The notes under the pieces: model-generated
The model's database searches: none
What the model was told of the DNA's origin: nothing
The model's input: only the letters and a program-made list of their open reading frames with translations
Made by a program: the position numbers and the translations under genes
Shown: piece after piece, positions 21,092 through 29,948 of the stretch
Layout: each line of letters starts with the position of its first letter
Position numbering within the stretch: the stretch's first letter is position 1
Assembly: GCA_034667225.1 (NCBI GenBank)
Contig: JAXDKG010000051.1
Span: 106,657-170,656 of the forward strand
DNA from: Acidobacteriota bacterium
GTDB taxonomy: Bacteria; Acidobacteriota; Thermoanaerobaculia; Multivoradales; UBA5704
Direction of reading: 5' to 3'
Length of the DNA: 64,000 nucleotides

Positions 21092-21773
21092 AACCTTGTT
21101 CCCTTGCCGCGGATTTCCGCTCCGCGAGCGCCTGGATCCGGGTATGCAGATCGTGCAGCCAGAAGAAGAGGGCCGTGAAGCCGACGCCGCTCGCCAGGAG
21201 GACCTGCAGGATCTCGGACTGCATCTGCGGCTTGCCCTCGGCGTTGACCACCGGCTCGGGATGGAGCGAGTCGAGCGCCCGCGGCATGACCCAATAGAGG
21301 TAGGGCGTCACGACCAGGCCGAGGATGGCATAGACGGCCGCCAGCCGGGCCCGCTTCTCCTGGTCCTCGACCGCGCCGCGCAACGCCATGTAGGCGCCGT
21401 AGAAGAGCAGCGAGATCAGGATGGAGGTCTGGCGCGGGTCCCAGTTCCAGTAGAGGCCCCACTCGATCCGCGCCCAGATCGCGCCGGTGACCGTGGCGAG
21501 CGTGCCGAACAGAATCCCGAGCTGGACCGACACCTGGGCCGACCGGTCGTGCCGTAGATCGCGCCGGCGCAGATAAAGGACGCTCGAGACCGCGGCCGAA
21601 ATAAAGCCGGCGAAGGAGGCCCAGGCCATCGGGACGTGAAAGAACAGGATCCGGTACGACTTGGGCGCCTGGAAACCCTCCGCCGCCCCCGGGGCGTAGT
21701 AGAACGCCGCCAGGATCACCAGGGAGATCCAGAGCCAGAGCAGCCAGGCAGAGATTGTCTTCATGGGTTCCAC
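21081..21773 (-). CDS. ccmC: haem exporter protein CcmC
   Basis: 230 aa, 6 TM; CcmC/CcsA-type WWD-like region (LYWNWDPRQ). Confidence 0.85.
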   Translation of the reverse strand: MEPMKTISAWLLWLWISLVILAAFYYAPGAAEGFQAPKSYRILFFHVPMAWASFAGFISAAVSSVLYLRRRDLRHDRSAQVSVQLGILFGTLATVTGAIWARIEWGLYWNWDPRQTSILISLLFYGAYMALRGAVEDQEKRARLAAVYAILGLVVTPYLYWVMPRALDSLHPEPVVNAEGKPQMQSEILQVLLASGVGFTALFFWLHDLHTRIQALAERKSAAREQGYGT

Positions 21774-22414
21774 ACCATCGGGAAGAGCATCAGGCCAACG
21801 ACGGTGACCGAAGCATCATACAGAAGTAGCTGCGGCAGGGCCACGCCGCCCCCGCCCCCGTCCACCGCCTTGAACGTCAGCTCGACCGCGAGCAGCAGCA
21901 GGGGCAGCAGGACCGGGAAGGCCAGTACCGAGAACAGCGTCCCCTTGGTCCGCGCCTGGGAGATGATCGCCGCCACCAGAGTGCTCCCCGCGGCCAGCCC
22001 GTAGCCGCCCGCGGCCAGCGTGCCCACGAACAGGGCCGGGCTCGCGATCTCCAGGTTCATCAGGGTGGCGAAGACCGGCGTGACCAGCAACTCGAGCGCT
22101 CCCACCAGGGTTAGACAGTAGAGGAGCTTGCCGCAGAACAGGGCCGACGGCGTGGCGGAGAGGCGCAGGGCCGTGGCCGTCTGGCTCTCTTCTTCCTGGA
22201 CGAAGGCGCGCGGCAGGCCGGCGGAGACCGAGAAGAGCAGGATGACCCAGAGCAGCACCGGCAGCACCTTGGACCCGCGGGCCCGCTCGATCCCGATCGG
22301 GCCGAGGCTGATGCTCATCACGACCATGGTAGTGAAGGCGAACAGGGCGAGCGTGTTCAAGGCATAGCGGGTGCGGAACTCGCACCGCCAGTCCTTGGCG
22401 AACACGGCCACCAC
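21761..22414 (-). CDS. ccmB: haem exporter permease CcmB
   Basis: polytopic ABC-2 permease matching CcmB; probable GTG start ~22414, just after the ccmA stop; the track's start at 22546 would overlap ccmA by ~95 nt. Confidence 0.7.
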   Translation of the reverse strand: MVAVFAKDWRCEFRTRYALNTLALFAFTTMVVMSISLGPIGIERARGSKVLPVLLWVILLFSVSAGLPRAFVQEEESQTATALRLSATPSALFCGKLLYCLTLVGALELLVTPVFATLMNLEIASPALFVGTLAAGGYGLAAGSTLVAAIISQARTKGTLFSVLAFPVLLPLLLLAVELTFKAVDGGGGGVALPQLLLYDASVTVVGLMLFPMVWNP

Positions 22415-22451
22415 CTCGGAGAGCCAGGTGAAGCGCAGCGGCAGAGCCGTT

Positions 22452-23105
22452 TCAGCGCCCGAGGTCGAGGTGACCTGCAACACGGTCGATCTCCAGGGAA
22501 GAGGGATTTGCCACGACGGCGAGGCCGCCCTGATGCAAGTGCTCACGCAGCAGGTCGCGGGTGCCCTGCTCGCCGCCTACGTCCAGATTCTGGAACGGCT
22601 CGTCGAGCAGGAGCAGTCGCGGCCGGTGGAGCAGGGCCCAGGCCCAGCGCAGCCGCTGCCGCATGCCGGAGGACAGCGCGCCGCCCATGCGGTCGGCGGG
22701 CAGGCCGAGGCGCTTGAGCACCTCGAAGCCCCAAGCCGGGCTCGTACGCCGGATGCGCGCGAAGAACTCCAGGTTCTCCGCGACGGTGAGCTCCGAGTAG
22801 AGCGCCAGATCGGGGGCCACGTAGCCGACCCGCCGCCGCCGCTCGTCCGTTTCGAGCACCTTTTCGTCCTCCCTATACTCTATGGTGCCCTTCTCGGGCA
22901 AAAGGAGCCCTGCCAGGCAGCGGAGCAGCGTGCTCTTGCCCGAGCCGTTCGGCCCGGTGACCAGCAAAGCCTGCCCCGGCGCGACTTCTCCGGACACCCC
23001 CTCCAGCACGGAAAGGCGCCCGAAGCGGCGGCGGAGGTTCTGGAAACGGAGCACGTCAAGACTATAGCGCGCCGGTGCTACCATCCACCGCAATGCGCCG
23101 CCCAT
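22452..23105 (-). CDS. ccmA: haem exporter ATP-binding protein CcmA
   Basis: 217 aa; Walker A GPNGSGKST, ABC signature LSSGMRQR, Walker B LLLLDEP; first gene of the operon. Confidence 0.75.
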   Translation of the reverse strand: MGGALRWMVAPARYSLDVLRFQNLRRRFGRLSVLEGVSGEVAPGQALLVTGPNGSGKSTLLRCLAGLLLPEKGTIEYREDEKVLETDERRRRVGYVAPDLALYSELTVAENLEFFARIRRTSPAWGFEVLKRLGLPADRMGGALSSGMRQRLRWAWALLHRPRLLLLDEPFQNLDVGGEQGTRDLLREHLHQGGLAVVANPSSLEIDRVAGHLDLGR

Positions 23106-25087
23106 CCTCCCCCGTCCTTTTGACCCTTTTGGTCCTTGTCGTCCTTTCCGGCTGCGCCGCCGCCCCTCCCGCGGCCACGCCCGCTCCCGGGCTCGAGCTC
23201 AACACCCGCGCCATGCTCCTCTACCTGGTCGATCGGCAGCAGTACGAGCCGGTGATCATGCAGCAGGCGCTAGCCGGGGGGCCGGAGCTGCGGGAAGCCC
23301 TCGCGGACGCCCTCGGGCGGATCCCCGACAAGCAGGGCCGCTCCCCCCTCATGGGGCTTCTTCTGGACGACGTGCCCGCCGTCCGCCGGGCGGCCGCCTT
23401 CGGGCTCGGCGAGCTGGAAGACCCCGAGGCCGTGCCCGCCCTGCTCTCTGCCGTGGTGGACGATGACCGCGAGACGGGCATCCTTGCCGTGGAAGCCCTG
23501 GGCAAGCTCAAGGCGCCGGTGCTCGACGTGGCGCAGGCCCTTTTGCCCCTTCCGGAGCAGGAGCGCTGGGCTCGCCTATTCCCCGCGCTCTTCCGCTTCA
23601 AGGAGGCCGCGACCGTCAGAATCGCGGAGCGCGGGCTCGCCCTGCCCGACCCCGAGCTGCACGCCCGGGCCGCCTATGCCCTCGCCCGCGATCCGCTGCC
23701 CGAGGGTCTCCCCCTGCTGCGCGGCCTGCTCGCCGATCCCAACCCCCAGGTCCGCGGCTGGGCCGCCCGCGGGCTCGGAATCGTAGGAGAGCCCGCCGAT
23801 CTCGCGGCGCTCCGGCCTCTCCTCGACGATCCCGCGCCCGGACCAGTCGTCCAGGCCCTCCGCTCGGCCGCGAGGCTCATCACCGACAGCAAGGCGCCGG
23901 CTCCGGCAGGGTGGCGTGACCGCCTTCGCGCGCTCCTCGACGATCCCCGCTCCGGAGTGCGTCTGACCGTCCTCGAAGCCGTTGCAGCCTGGCCCATGAA
24001 TACTGCCGATCCCCTCTCTGAAGCCTTGGCTTTGCGGGCGACCGAAGGGACCGGCCGCGAGCGGGGCCTGGCCCTCCTCGCCCTGGCCGCGGGCAAGCAC
24101 CCCCGCGCCCTGGAGCTGGCGACCGCCGCCCTGACCTCCCAGGAGACCGACGTCCGTGCCCATGCCGCCCAGGCCGCCGGACGGGTCGGCTTTCCGGACG
24201 CCGCGGACCTCGTCGCCCGGCTGACCTCCGATCCCTCCCCTCAGGTCCGGGGAGCGGCGGCCGAAGCGGCCCTGGCCGGAGACGGATCGGCGGAAATCGC
24301 AACAAGGCTCCTCTCCGACGCGGACGCCGGAGTCCGCGCCACCGTCTTCGGCTGGCTCGCCGAGCACCCGGTCCTGCCGCTCGGCCGGCTGCAGGCGGGC
24401 TTCGCCGCATCGGTGCAAGGCGGAGTGGAGGAGGAGACCCTGGCCGTGCTCGGCGCCCTGACCGCGCGGGCCAAAAGCGAGCCGCTGGAGCGGGGCGCGA
24501 TCGTGGCGTTCCTCGAAAAGGCCGCGGCGGGGGAGGCGGGAGGCGGGTATGCCGTGAGAAGAGAGGCGGGAGTTGCCCTCGGAGAGCTGGAGCGCCCCAT
24601 CCCGCCGCTCGGGCCGCTCAATGCGGGAAAGGCTCCGGAGGTCTACCAGGAGATCATCGAGCGCACCTGGCAGCCGCGGACCGTGGAGATCCGGACCTCC
24701 AAGGGTGCGATCGGGGTCCGCCTGGCCTGCCGGCAGGCGCCGCTCACCTGCCTCAACTTCCTCAACCTGGCGGAACAGGGCTTCTACGACGGCCTGATCT
24801 TCCACCGGGTGGTCGCCGACTTCGTGATCCAGGGGGGAGACCCCCGCGGCGACGGCTCCGGCGGTCCCGGCTATGACATCCGGGACGAGATCAACCGCCT
24901 GCGCTACCGCCGCGGCGTGGTCGGCATGGCCCTGTCGGGTCCGGACACGGGAGGGAGCCAGTTCTTCATCACCCTCTCCGAGCAGCCCCACCTCGACGGC
25001 GGCTACACCGCCTTCGGAGAGGTCGTCTCGGGCGACGAGATCCTCGACCGCATCGTGCCTGGGGACCGGATCGAGAGCGTGAGGTAG
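23093..25087 (+). CDS. lipoprotein: HEAT/PBS-lyase-like repeat domain fused to a C-terminal cyclophilin-type peptidyl-prolyl isomerase
   Basis: signal/lipobox (LVVLSGCAAAP); repeated 'DP.P.VR..AA.ALG' HEAT-like units; C-terminal ~165 aa cyclophilin (FHRVVADFVIQGGDP…GMALSGPDTGGSQFFITL). Confidence 0.7.
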   Translation: MRRPSSPVLLTLLVLVVLSGCAAAPPAATPAPGLELNTRAMLLYLVDRQQYEPVIMQQALAGGPELREALADALGRIPDKQGRSPLMGLLLDDVPAVRRAAAFGLGELEDPEAVPALLSAVVDDDRETGILAVEALGKLKAPVLDVAQALLPLPEQERWARLFPALFRFKEAATVRIAERGLALPDPELHARAAYALARDPLPEGLPLLRGLLADPNPQVRGWAARGLGIVGEPADLAALRPLLDDPAPGPVVQALRSAARLITDSKAPAPAGWRDRLRALLDDPRSGVRLTVLEAVAAWPMNTADPLSEALALRATEGTGRERGLALLALAAGKHPRALELATAALTSQETDVRAHAAQAAGRVGFPDAADLVARLTSDPSPQVRGAAAEAALAGDGSAEIATRLLSDADAGVRATVFGWLAEHPVLPLGRLQAGFAASVQGGVEEETLAVLGALTARAKSEPLERGAIVAFLEKAAAGEAGGGYAVRREAGVALGELERPIPPLGPLNAGKAPEVYQEIIERTWQPRTVEIRTSKGAIGVRLACRQAPLTCLNFLNLAEQGFYDGLIFHRVVADFVIQGGDPRGDGSGGPGYDIRDEINRLRYRRGVVGMALSGPDTGGSQFFITLSEQPHLDGGYTAFGEVVSGDEILDRIVPGDRIESVR

Positions 25088-25099
25088 ACTTGTGAAACC

Positions 25100-25669
25100 A
25101 TGAAACCTCCGGCCCTGCTCGCCGTACTTGCTTCCATTGTCACTCTAGCCACTTCCTGTGCCAGCTCAGCTCCTTCTCCTGCCGCGGCGGCGCAGCCCGA
25201 AGCCAAGCCTGTGATCGTGGGCGAGACCGTCCGGGCGGATATCGAGGCGGCCCCCGAATGGGCGGCGGCGGAAGCGGAGTCCCAGCCGGACCCCGCGGCC
25301 TCCACGGCGCTGGCCACCGTCCCGCCCGGCGCGGAAGTGACTATCTTCCTGGGCACCTGGTGCGGCGACAGCCGGCGCGAAGTGCCCCGGTTCTGGAAGG
25401 CGCTCGACATCGCCGGGAGCCGGGGAGCGGACGTGCCGTTCGCGATCCACTACATCGGCGTGGACCGGCAGAAGAAAGAGCCCTCCGCTCCGGTGACCAA
25501 CAACGACATCCGCTTCGTGCCGACCTTCATCGTCTCCAGAGAAGGCCGGGAAGTGGGGCGGATCGTGGAAGAGTCGCCGCATGGAATCGAAAAGGACCTC
25601 CTGGCGTTGCTGACCGGCCAGGCGCAGGGTCTGATCACCACCCGGACCGACTTGGTGTCCTCCCCCTAG
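25100..25669 (+). CDS. thioredoxin-fold lipoprotein with a monothiol CxxS motif (TlpA/CcmG-like)
   Basis: 189 aa; lipobox LATSCASS; VTIFLGTWCGDSRREVPRFW sits where the WCxxC motif is expected, but the second Cys is Ser. Confidence 0.6.
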   Translation: MKPPALLAVLASIVTLATSCASSAPSPAAAAQPEAKPVIVGETVRADIEAAPEWAAAEAESQPDPAASTALATVPPGAEVTIFLGTWCGDSRREVPRFWKALDIAGSRGADVPFAIHYIGVDRQKKEPSAPVTNNDIRFVPTFIVSREGREVGRIVEESPHGIEKDLLALLTGQAQGLITTRTDLVSSP

Positions 25670-25674
25670 GTCAA

Positions 25675-25848
25675 ATGCTCACGAGCCTCGCGTGGGTCCT
25701 GCAATTCCTCGCGCTCGTCCTGGTGGGCAGCGGTCTGCTCATCGGGCTGGTCTACAACCAGGTCCGTGTCGAGCTCGCCATCTGTGCCGTGGGCGGGGCG
25801 CTGTTCCTGCTCGGGCGATGGCTCCAGAGCCGGCACGGCCATCGATGA
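25675..25848 (+). CDS. possible small two-TM membrane protein (57 aa) upstream of the ECF sigma factor
   Basis: ATG 6 nt after the previous stop; two hydrophobic helices; no clear RBS. Confidence 0.25.
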   Translation: MLTSLAWVLQFLALVLVGSGLLIGLVYNQVRVELAICAVGGALFLLGRWLQSRHGHR

Positions 25849-25898
25849 GACCCGCCGTTTCTCTCTGAAACCTTGGCGGGAACATTGCGTATCCACCC

Positions 25899-26483
25899 AT
25901 GACGCGGGGAACGGAGCAGCCGACCGACGAGGATCTGGTTGCAGCGGTTCTCGAAGGAGATCGGGACCGCTTCGGCGACCTGGTCGACCGATACCAGGGC
26001 CGCCTCGTCAACTATCTGTTCCGCCTGCTGCGCAACGTGGACGACGCGCACGACCTGGCGCAGGAAGTTCTCGTCAAGGTCTACCAGGTGCTCGATCGCT
26101 ACGATCCGCAGTACCGGTTCTCGACCTGGCTCTTCCGGGTCGCCCAGAACGCCGCGATCGACCAGATCCGCCGCCGGCGACTGAAGGTTGTTTCGCTGCG
26201 GCAGGACGACGATGAAGGCGAAGGTCGTGATTGGGACCTGCCATCCCCGGAGCGCGGACCGTACGGCGACCTGCGTAACCGGGAGAGGGGAGACGCCATT
26301 CAGGAGGCCATCGACTCGCTCCCATGGGAATACCGGGAGCTGATCCTCCTGAGGCATTTCGGCGAGCTCCCCTACGAAGAGATCGCCCAGCTCAAAGGCA
26401 TGCCTCTGGGCACGGTGAAAAACAAGCTCTTCCGGGGACGGCAGATGTTGAAGGATAAATTGCAAGAGTTCCTGAGCGATTGA
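25899..26483 (+). CDS. ECF (sigma-70 family, group 4) RNA polymerase sigma factor
   Basis: 194 aa; region 2 (RLVNYLFRLL…DLAQEVLVKVYQVLDRY…FSTWLFRVAQNAAID) and region 4 HTH (YEEIAQLKGMPLGTVKNKLFRGR). Confidence 0.9.
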   Translation: MTRGTEQPTDEDLVAAVLEGDRDRFGDLVDRYQGRLVNYLFRLLRNVDDAHDLAQEVLVKVYQVLDRYDPQYRFSTWLFRVAQNAAIDQIRRRRLKVVSLRQDDDEGEGRDWDLPSPERGPYGDLRNRERGDAIQEAIDSLPWEYRELILLRHFGELPYEEIAQLKGMPLGTVKNKLFRGRQMLKDKLQEFLSD

Positions 26484-26494
26484 GCGGGGGCAAC

Positions 26495-27079
26495 ATGAAG
26501 CCGGATCACGCTACCTACAGAGAATGGCTGAACCTGGAGGCCGACGGCCGGCTGCCGCGCAACGAGCGGGCCCGGCTCGAAGACCACCTCGCCACCTGCT
26601 CCGACTGCAGCTCCGAGCTCGCCGAGCTGCGCGGGCTGGAAGGCCTCCTGCTCCGGTCCAGCTTGCCGGTGCGCGAGAGCTTCCGCGACGACGTCCTCGC
26701 CGCCCTGCCCGTCACGGGCTGGGAAGCGCGCGGCCCGCGCACCTGGGGCTTCCCGGCCGCCATGTTCATCCTGCTCGGCGTGATCTCCACGGCGGTGATC
26801 GGCAGCGGCTCGGCGGCCGGCGAGCACGCCGGCCTGGGCGCGCTCTCGGCCATCTTCGGCATGTTCCAGGCCACGGTCCTCGCCGGCTCCGGCCTTCTCG
26901 GCGCGAGCTGGAAGGGCTTCGGCCTCGTCTTCCAGGAGATGCTCTCCTCCCCGATGAGCTTGGGCATGTTCGGAGTGTTCGTGCTCTGCCTGAACATCCT
27001 GCTGGTCTCCATGATCCGGCGCAAGCGCACCGCGGTGGGCGTGAGCGAATCGCGCCCCGGGTCAAATCGATACAGATAG
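26495..27079 (+). CDS. anti-sigma factor with N-terminal zinc finger and transmembrane region
   Basis: immediately downstream of and overlapping the sigma gene; HLATCSDCSSEL zinc-finger anti-sigma motif; hydrophobic C-terminal half. Confidence 0.7.
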   Translation: MKPDHATYREWLNLEADGRLPRNERARLEDHLATCSDCSSELAELRGLEGLLLRSSLPVRESFRDDVLAALPVTGWEARGPRTWGFPAAMFILLGVISTAVIGSGSAAGEHAGLGALSAIFGMFQATVLAGSGLLGASWKGFGLVFQEMLSSPMSLGMFGVFVLCLNILLVSMIRRKRTAVGVSESRPGSNRYR

Positions 27080-27106
27080 TCCCCTCCTTGGCGTAGAGTT
27101 CCCGTC

Positions 27107-28003
27107 GTGAACGCCTTGCTGGTGAGCCTGTTGCTGCTCGCCTCCCCGGCCTCCGCCACGAGCGGGGATGGGGAGGTGGCGCTGCGCCTGGAGAAGGGGA
27201 GCCTGACGCGCAACCAGATGGTCGCGATGGGCAAGGACGTGATCGTCGCGGGAGAAGCGCTCTCCGACGTGGCCGCCATGGAAGGCTCGGTGGAAATCAC
27301 GGGCCGGGTGGCCGGGGACGTGGTCGTGCTGGGGGGAGATGCGCGGCTCGGTCCCGAGGCGCAGGTGGGAGGCGACATCTTCGTCCTCGGCGGGACGATC
27401 CAGGCCGCCCCCGGAGCGCACGCCGCGGGGCGGATGGTCTCCTACCCCACGGCCTCCTCGGCCCTGGTGACGCTGGTGGAGGGTCCGAGCTTCGGCCTCG
27501 GCTTCACCTCACCCCTGGTGCTGGGCACCAAGCTCGCGCTCCTGGCCGCCTGGGCGGCGCTCCTCCTGCTCCTCTTCGCCGCGACCGGCCGCCAGCTCCT
27601 CGAAACGGCGGACGGCGTCCGCCGCGAGCCCTTCCGCAGCTTCGCCACGGGCCTGACGGGCGTGCTCGCCCTGGTGCTGACGGCCATGTTCTTCAGCGCC
27701 TTCACGGGAGGTCTCGTGGGAATACCGCTGCTGGTGCTGGTGGTCCTCCTGGCGATGCTCCTCAAGCTCTGGGGGATGGTGGCGGTCTTCTACGCCCTGG
27801 GCGACTGGCTGGCCCGCCGCCTCCTCCACCAACCCCGCATGCGCCCCTTGAACGCCGCGACCATCGGGCTCCTGGTGATGGGAGCCGTGAAGTTCCTCCC
27901 CTACGTCGGCATCTGGGTCTGGACCGCCGCCACCCTCATCGGCATCGGCGCGGCCCTCTCGACCAAGTTCGGACGCCAGGAACCCTGGTTCGAACTGGCT
28001 TAA
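27107..28003 (+). CDS. membrane protein with N-terminal beta-helical (bactofilin/DUF4097-like) repeats and C-terminal multi-TM domain
   Basis: 298 aa, GTG start; signal peptide; repeated G(D)VVVLGG / GDIFVLGG motifs; then 4-5 TM helices; third gene of the sigma/anti-sigma operon. Confidence 0.55.
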   Translation: MNALLVSLLLLASPASATSGDGEVALRLEKGSLTRNQMVAMGKDVIVAGEALSDVAAMEGSVEITGRVAGDVVVLGGDARLGPEAQVGGDIFVLGGTIQAAPGAHAAGRMVSYPTASSALVTLVEGPSFGLGFTSPLVLGTKLALLAAWAALLLLLFAATGRQLLETADGVRREPFRSFATGLTGVLALVLTAMFFSAFTGGLVGIPLLVLVVLLAMLLKLWGMVAVFYALGDWLARRLLHQPRMRPLNAATIGLLVMGAVKFLPYVGIWVWTAATLIGIGAALSTKFGRQEPWFELA

Positions 28004-28086
28004 GCCAACTGGACATCTCAGTCCTCCTCTCCGTAGACCGACCAGACCGGCAGGGAGCCGGCCTGATCCCAGGAGAGGAGCGAGTC

Positions 28087-28596
28087 ATGCACAACGCAGC
28101 GTTTGCCGATCACATGGCGAGATGGGGCCAACTGTCTGAAGGAGTGGCGGAGGCCCCCTCCGACGCGGCCTTCCTGCAGCCGAGGCAGGAAAGCCTGATC
28201 CGGGCCCGGGCAGAGGTCTGGGAAGCCAAGCAGCGCCAGCTCCATCACCGCGCGGCTGCCCAGCAGGCCACCCGAGACATGGGCGCACCCGCGGTCCACG
28301 CAGGAGCCGCTCCACCCGCAGGGGGAAACGCTCCCTGGGCCGAAGCGGACGCCGCATGGATAGGGGGAGACGTTCCCCAAGCCGAAGCAGACATCGCTAC
28401 GCTCTCCCGGACAGCTCGAGCAGGAGGGGGCGAGGTTCCCCAAGCCGCGATGGAGGCCGTTGCACGAGGGGGAACGACTCCCCCGGCCGTTGAAGCCGCG
28501 CCAAGCGAGTTTGGAGAGGCAGTACTGCCGGGTAGAACGGGCTGCGTCGCACCGGCAGCGTTGACTCTGGAGAGGGCGAGGGATACTCTGTCTTAA
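28087..28596 (+). CDS. hypothetical Ala-rich repeat protein
   Basis: AGGAGAGGAG RBS 6 nt before ATG 28087; contains 4 in-frame imperfect repeats (GG[NDET].P.A.A, periods 42/63/42 nt = multiples of 3); an antisense 195-aa ORF exists but lacks an RBS. Confidence 0.4.
   Translation: MHNAAFADHMARWGQLSEGVAEAPSDAAFLQPRQESLIRARAEVWEAKQRQLHHRAAAQQATRDMGAPAVHAGAAPPAGGNAPWAEADAAWIGGDVPQAEADIATLSRTARAGGGEVPQAAMEAVARGGTTPPAVEAAPSEFGEAVLPGRTGCVAPAALTLERARDTLS
28321..28500 (+). repeat. four imperfect tandem repeats, each with a G5…C4-5 mini-hairpin
   Basis: GGGGGAAACGCTCCC / GGGGGAGACGTTCCCC / GGGGGCGAGGTTCCCC / GGGGGAACGACTCCCCC; all followed by AGCCGAAGC-like sequence. Confidence 0.6.
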
Positions 28597-28661
28597 GTGC
28601 CGCAACTAGAGCATGTTAGGGCTCGGGAGTGCGGCTTTTTGAGGAGGTGGAACGGGTGAGG

Positions 28662-29120
28662 GTTCTTCGGATCTACATCGATACTTCGGTTATCGGTGGC
28701 TGTTTTGACTCGGAATTTGCGCCTTGGTCTAACGGGCTCATTCGAGATTTCCAGGAGAGCCGATTTCTTCCCGTTGTTTCCGAGGTCGTCGCGACAGAGA
28801 TTGAGCTTGCCCCTGAAACTGTAAGAAACAAGTGGGATGAAATCCTTCTCCTGAATCCAGAGTTGATCGAGGTGACTGAAGAGGCGAAGGTACTCACCCA
28901 GAGTTATGCTGAACATGGTGCCCTGCCCCCGAAGTTCCATAACGACATGCTCCACATCGCTTTGGCAACGGTGGCTGATATAGATGTGCTCGTCAGCTGG
29001 AACTTCAAGCATATCGTCCGGTTGGACAAGATCCGGATCTTCAATGCAGTGAACCTGGAGTTGGGCTATAAGCAGTTACAGATCTACTCACCCAGGGAGG
29101 TGACGAGCTATGGAAAGTAA
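28662..29120 (+). CDS. PIN-domain ribonuclease (VapC-like toxin candidate)
   Basis: GAGGAGG RBS then GTG 28662 (track start 28629); MRVLRIYIDTSVIGG…EVVATEIEL…DMLHIALATVADIDVLVSWNFKHI, the acidic-residue pattern of PIN domains; ~50% GC against ~68% flanks. Confidence 0.6.
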   Translation, partial: VLRIYIDTSVIGGCFDSEFAPWSNGLIRDFQESRFLPVVSEVVATEIELAPETVRNKWDEILLLNPELIEVTEEAKVLTQSYAEHGALPPKFHNDMLHIALATVADIDVLVSWNFKHIVRLDKIRIFNAVNLELGYKQLQIYSPREVTSYGK

Positions 29121-29325
29121 TGAAATCGACGCGGTCGGACTGGTGCGTCAAATCCGGGATGATCTGTACGAGACAACAAAGGAGCTATCTGCAGAAGAAT
29201 TGATCGCATTCTATCGGCGCCACGCTGCTGGAACAAAGGAAAGATTGTCTCGACTCCGTGCAGAACGAGAAGATACGGGAGTCGATAAAACGCTCCAATC
29301 CGATCGCAGGACTGCGCTGAGGTAA
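29110..29325 (+). CDS. small charged helical protein; candidate cognate partner encoded downstream of the PIN gene
   Basis: 71 aa; ATG overlaps the PIN stop by 11 nt (ATGGAAAGTAA), implying translational coupling; no recognisable family. Confidence 0.4.
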   Translation: MESNEIDAVGLVRQIRDDLYETTKELSAEELIAFYRRHAAGTKERLSRLRAEREDTGVDKTLQSDRRTALR

Positions 29326-29375
29326 TCCGGCCGGCACGTCCTTCTCTTGTCGCGCTTTGGCTGAATGATCAGTCG

Positions 29376-29948
29376 TTGAATCTCGCCACGGCTGAAGATG
29401 CGTCCCCGCTCGCGGCACTTCACACCGCGGTCGCCGACGATCTGACCGGGCGCTACGGGAAGGGTCACTGGTCATCGCCGGTGTCGGAGAAGTCGGTCCT
29501 CGCCGGCATGCGGACCTCGAAGGTGTTCGTCGCACGCGACAACAGTGGAGTAATCATCGCCACCCTGCGGCTCACCACGAAGAAGCCATGGGCGATCGAC
29601 AAGAGCTACTTCACGGAGTGCCGGAAGCCGCTCTACCTGCACAGCATGGCCGTCGCGCCGGAGTTGCAGCATCAGGGAATCGGCCGGCTCTGCATCGAAG
29701 AGGTGAAGCGGATCGGCAGGGAATGGCCCGGCGATGCGATCCGTCTCGATGCCTATGACGCCGAGGCCGGCGCCGGCGGCTTCTATCGCAAGTGCGGCTT
29801 TCAGGAGGTCGGACGGGTCATCTACAGGAGCACGCCTCTGATCTATTTCGAGATGCTTCTGGGGGGTATGATGGCGCCGATGAATCCGTCCTCGCCGGTC
29901 CAGGGAGCGAATTCCCGGTCATCAAGGGAGGTAATCTCATGTATGTGA
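29376..29948 (+). CDS. GNAT family N-acetyltransferase
   Basis: TTG start; acetyl-CoA binding motif A (MAVAPELQHQGIGRLCIEE) and motif B (GFYRKCGFQE). Confidence 0.7.
   Translation: MNLATAEDASPLAALHTAVADDLTGRYGKGHWSSPVSEKSVLAGMRTSKVFVARDNSGVIIATLRLTTKKPWAIDKSYFTECRKPLYLHSMAVAPELQHQGIGRLCIEEVKRIGREWPGDAIRLDAYDAEAGAGGFYRKCGFQEVGRVIYRSTPLIYFEMLLGGMMAPMNPSSPVQGANSRSSREVISCM

Noticed and set aside
22415-22546. Extended N-terminus of ccmB (track start 22546)
   Set aside because: It would overlap ccmA by ~95 nt, and E. coli CcmB aligns only from ~22414; the shorter GTG start is preferred.
25860-25898. ECF-type autoregulatory promoter (GGAAC…CGTATC) before the sigma gene
   Set aside because: The GGAAC lies only ~20 nt before the ATG, leaving no room for a -10 element and leader; spacing does not fit.
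28018-28605. Minus-strand Cys-rich repeat ORF (195 aa) over the tandem repeats
   Set aside because: No RBS; the plus-strand ORF has a very strong RBS and the repeat periods are multiples of 3 in that frame. Kept as uncertain, plus strand preferred.
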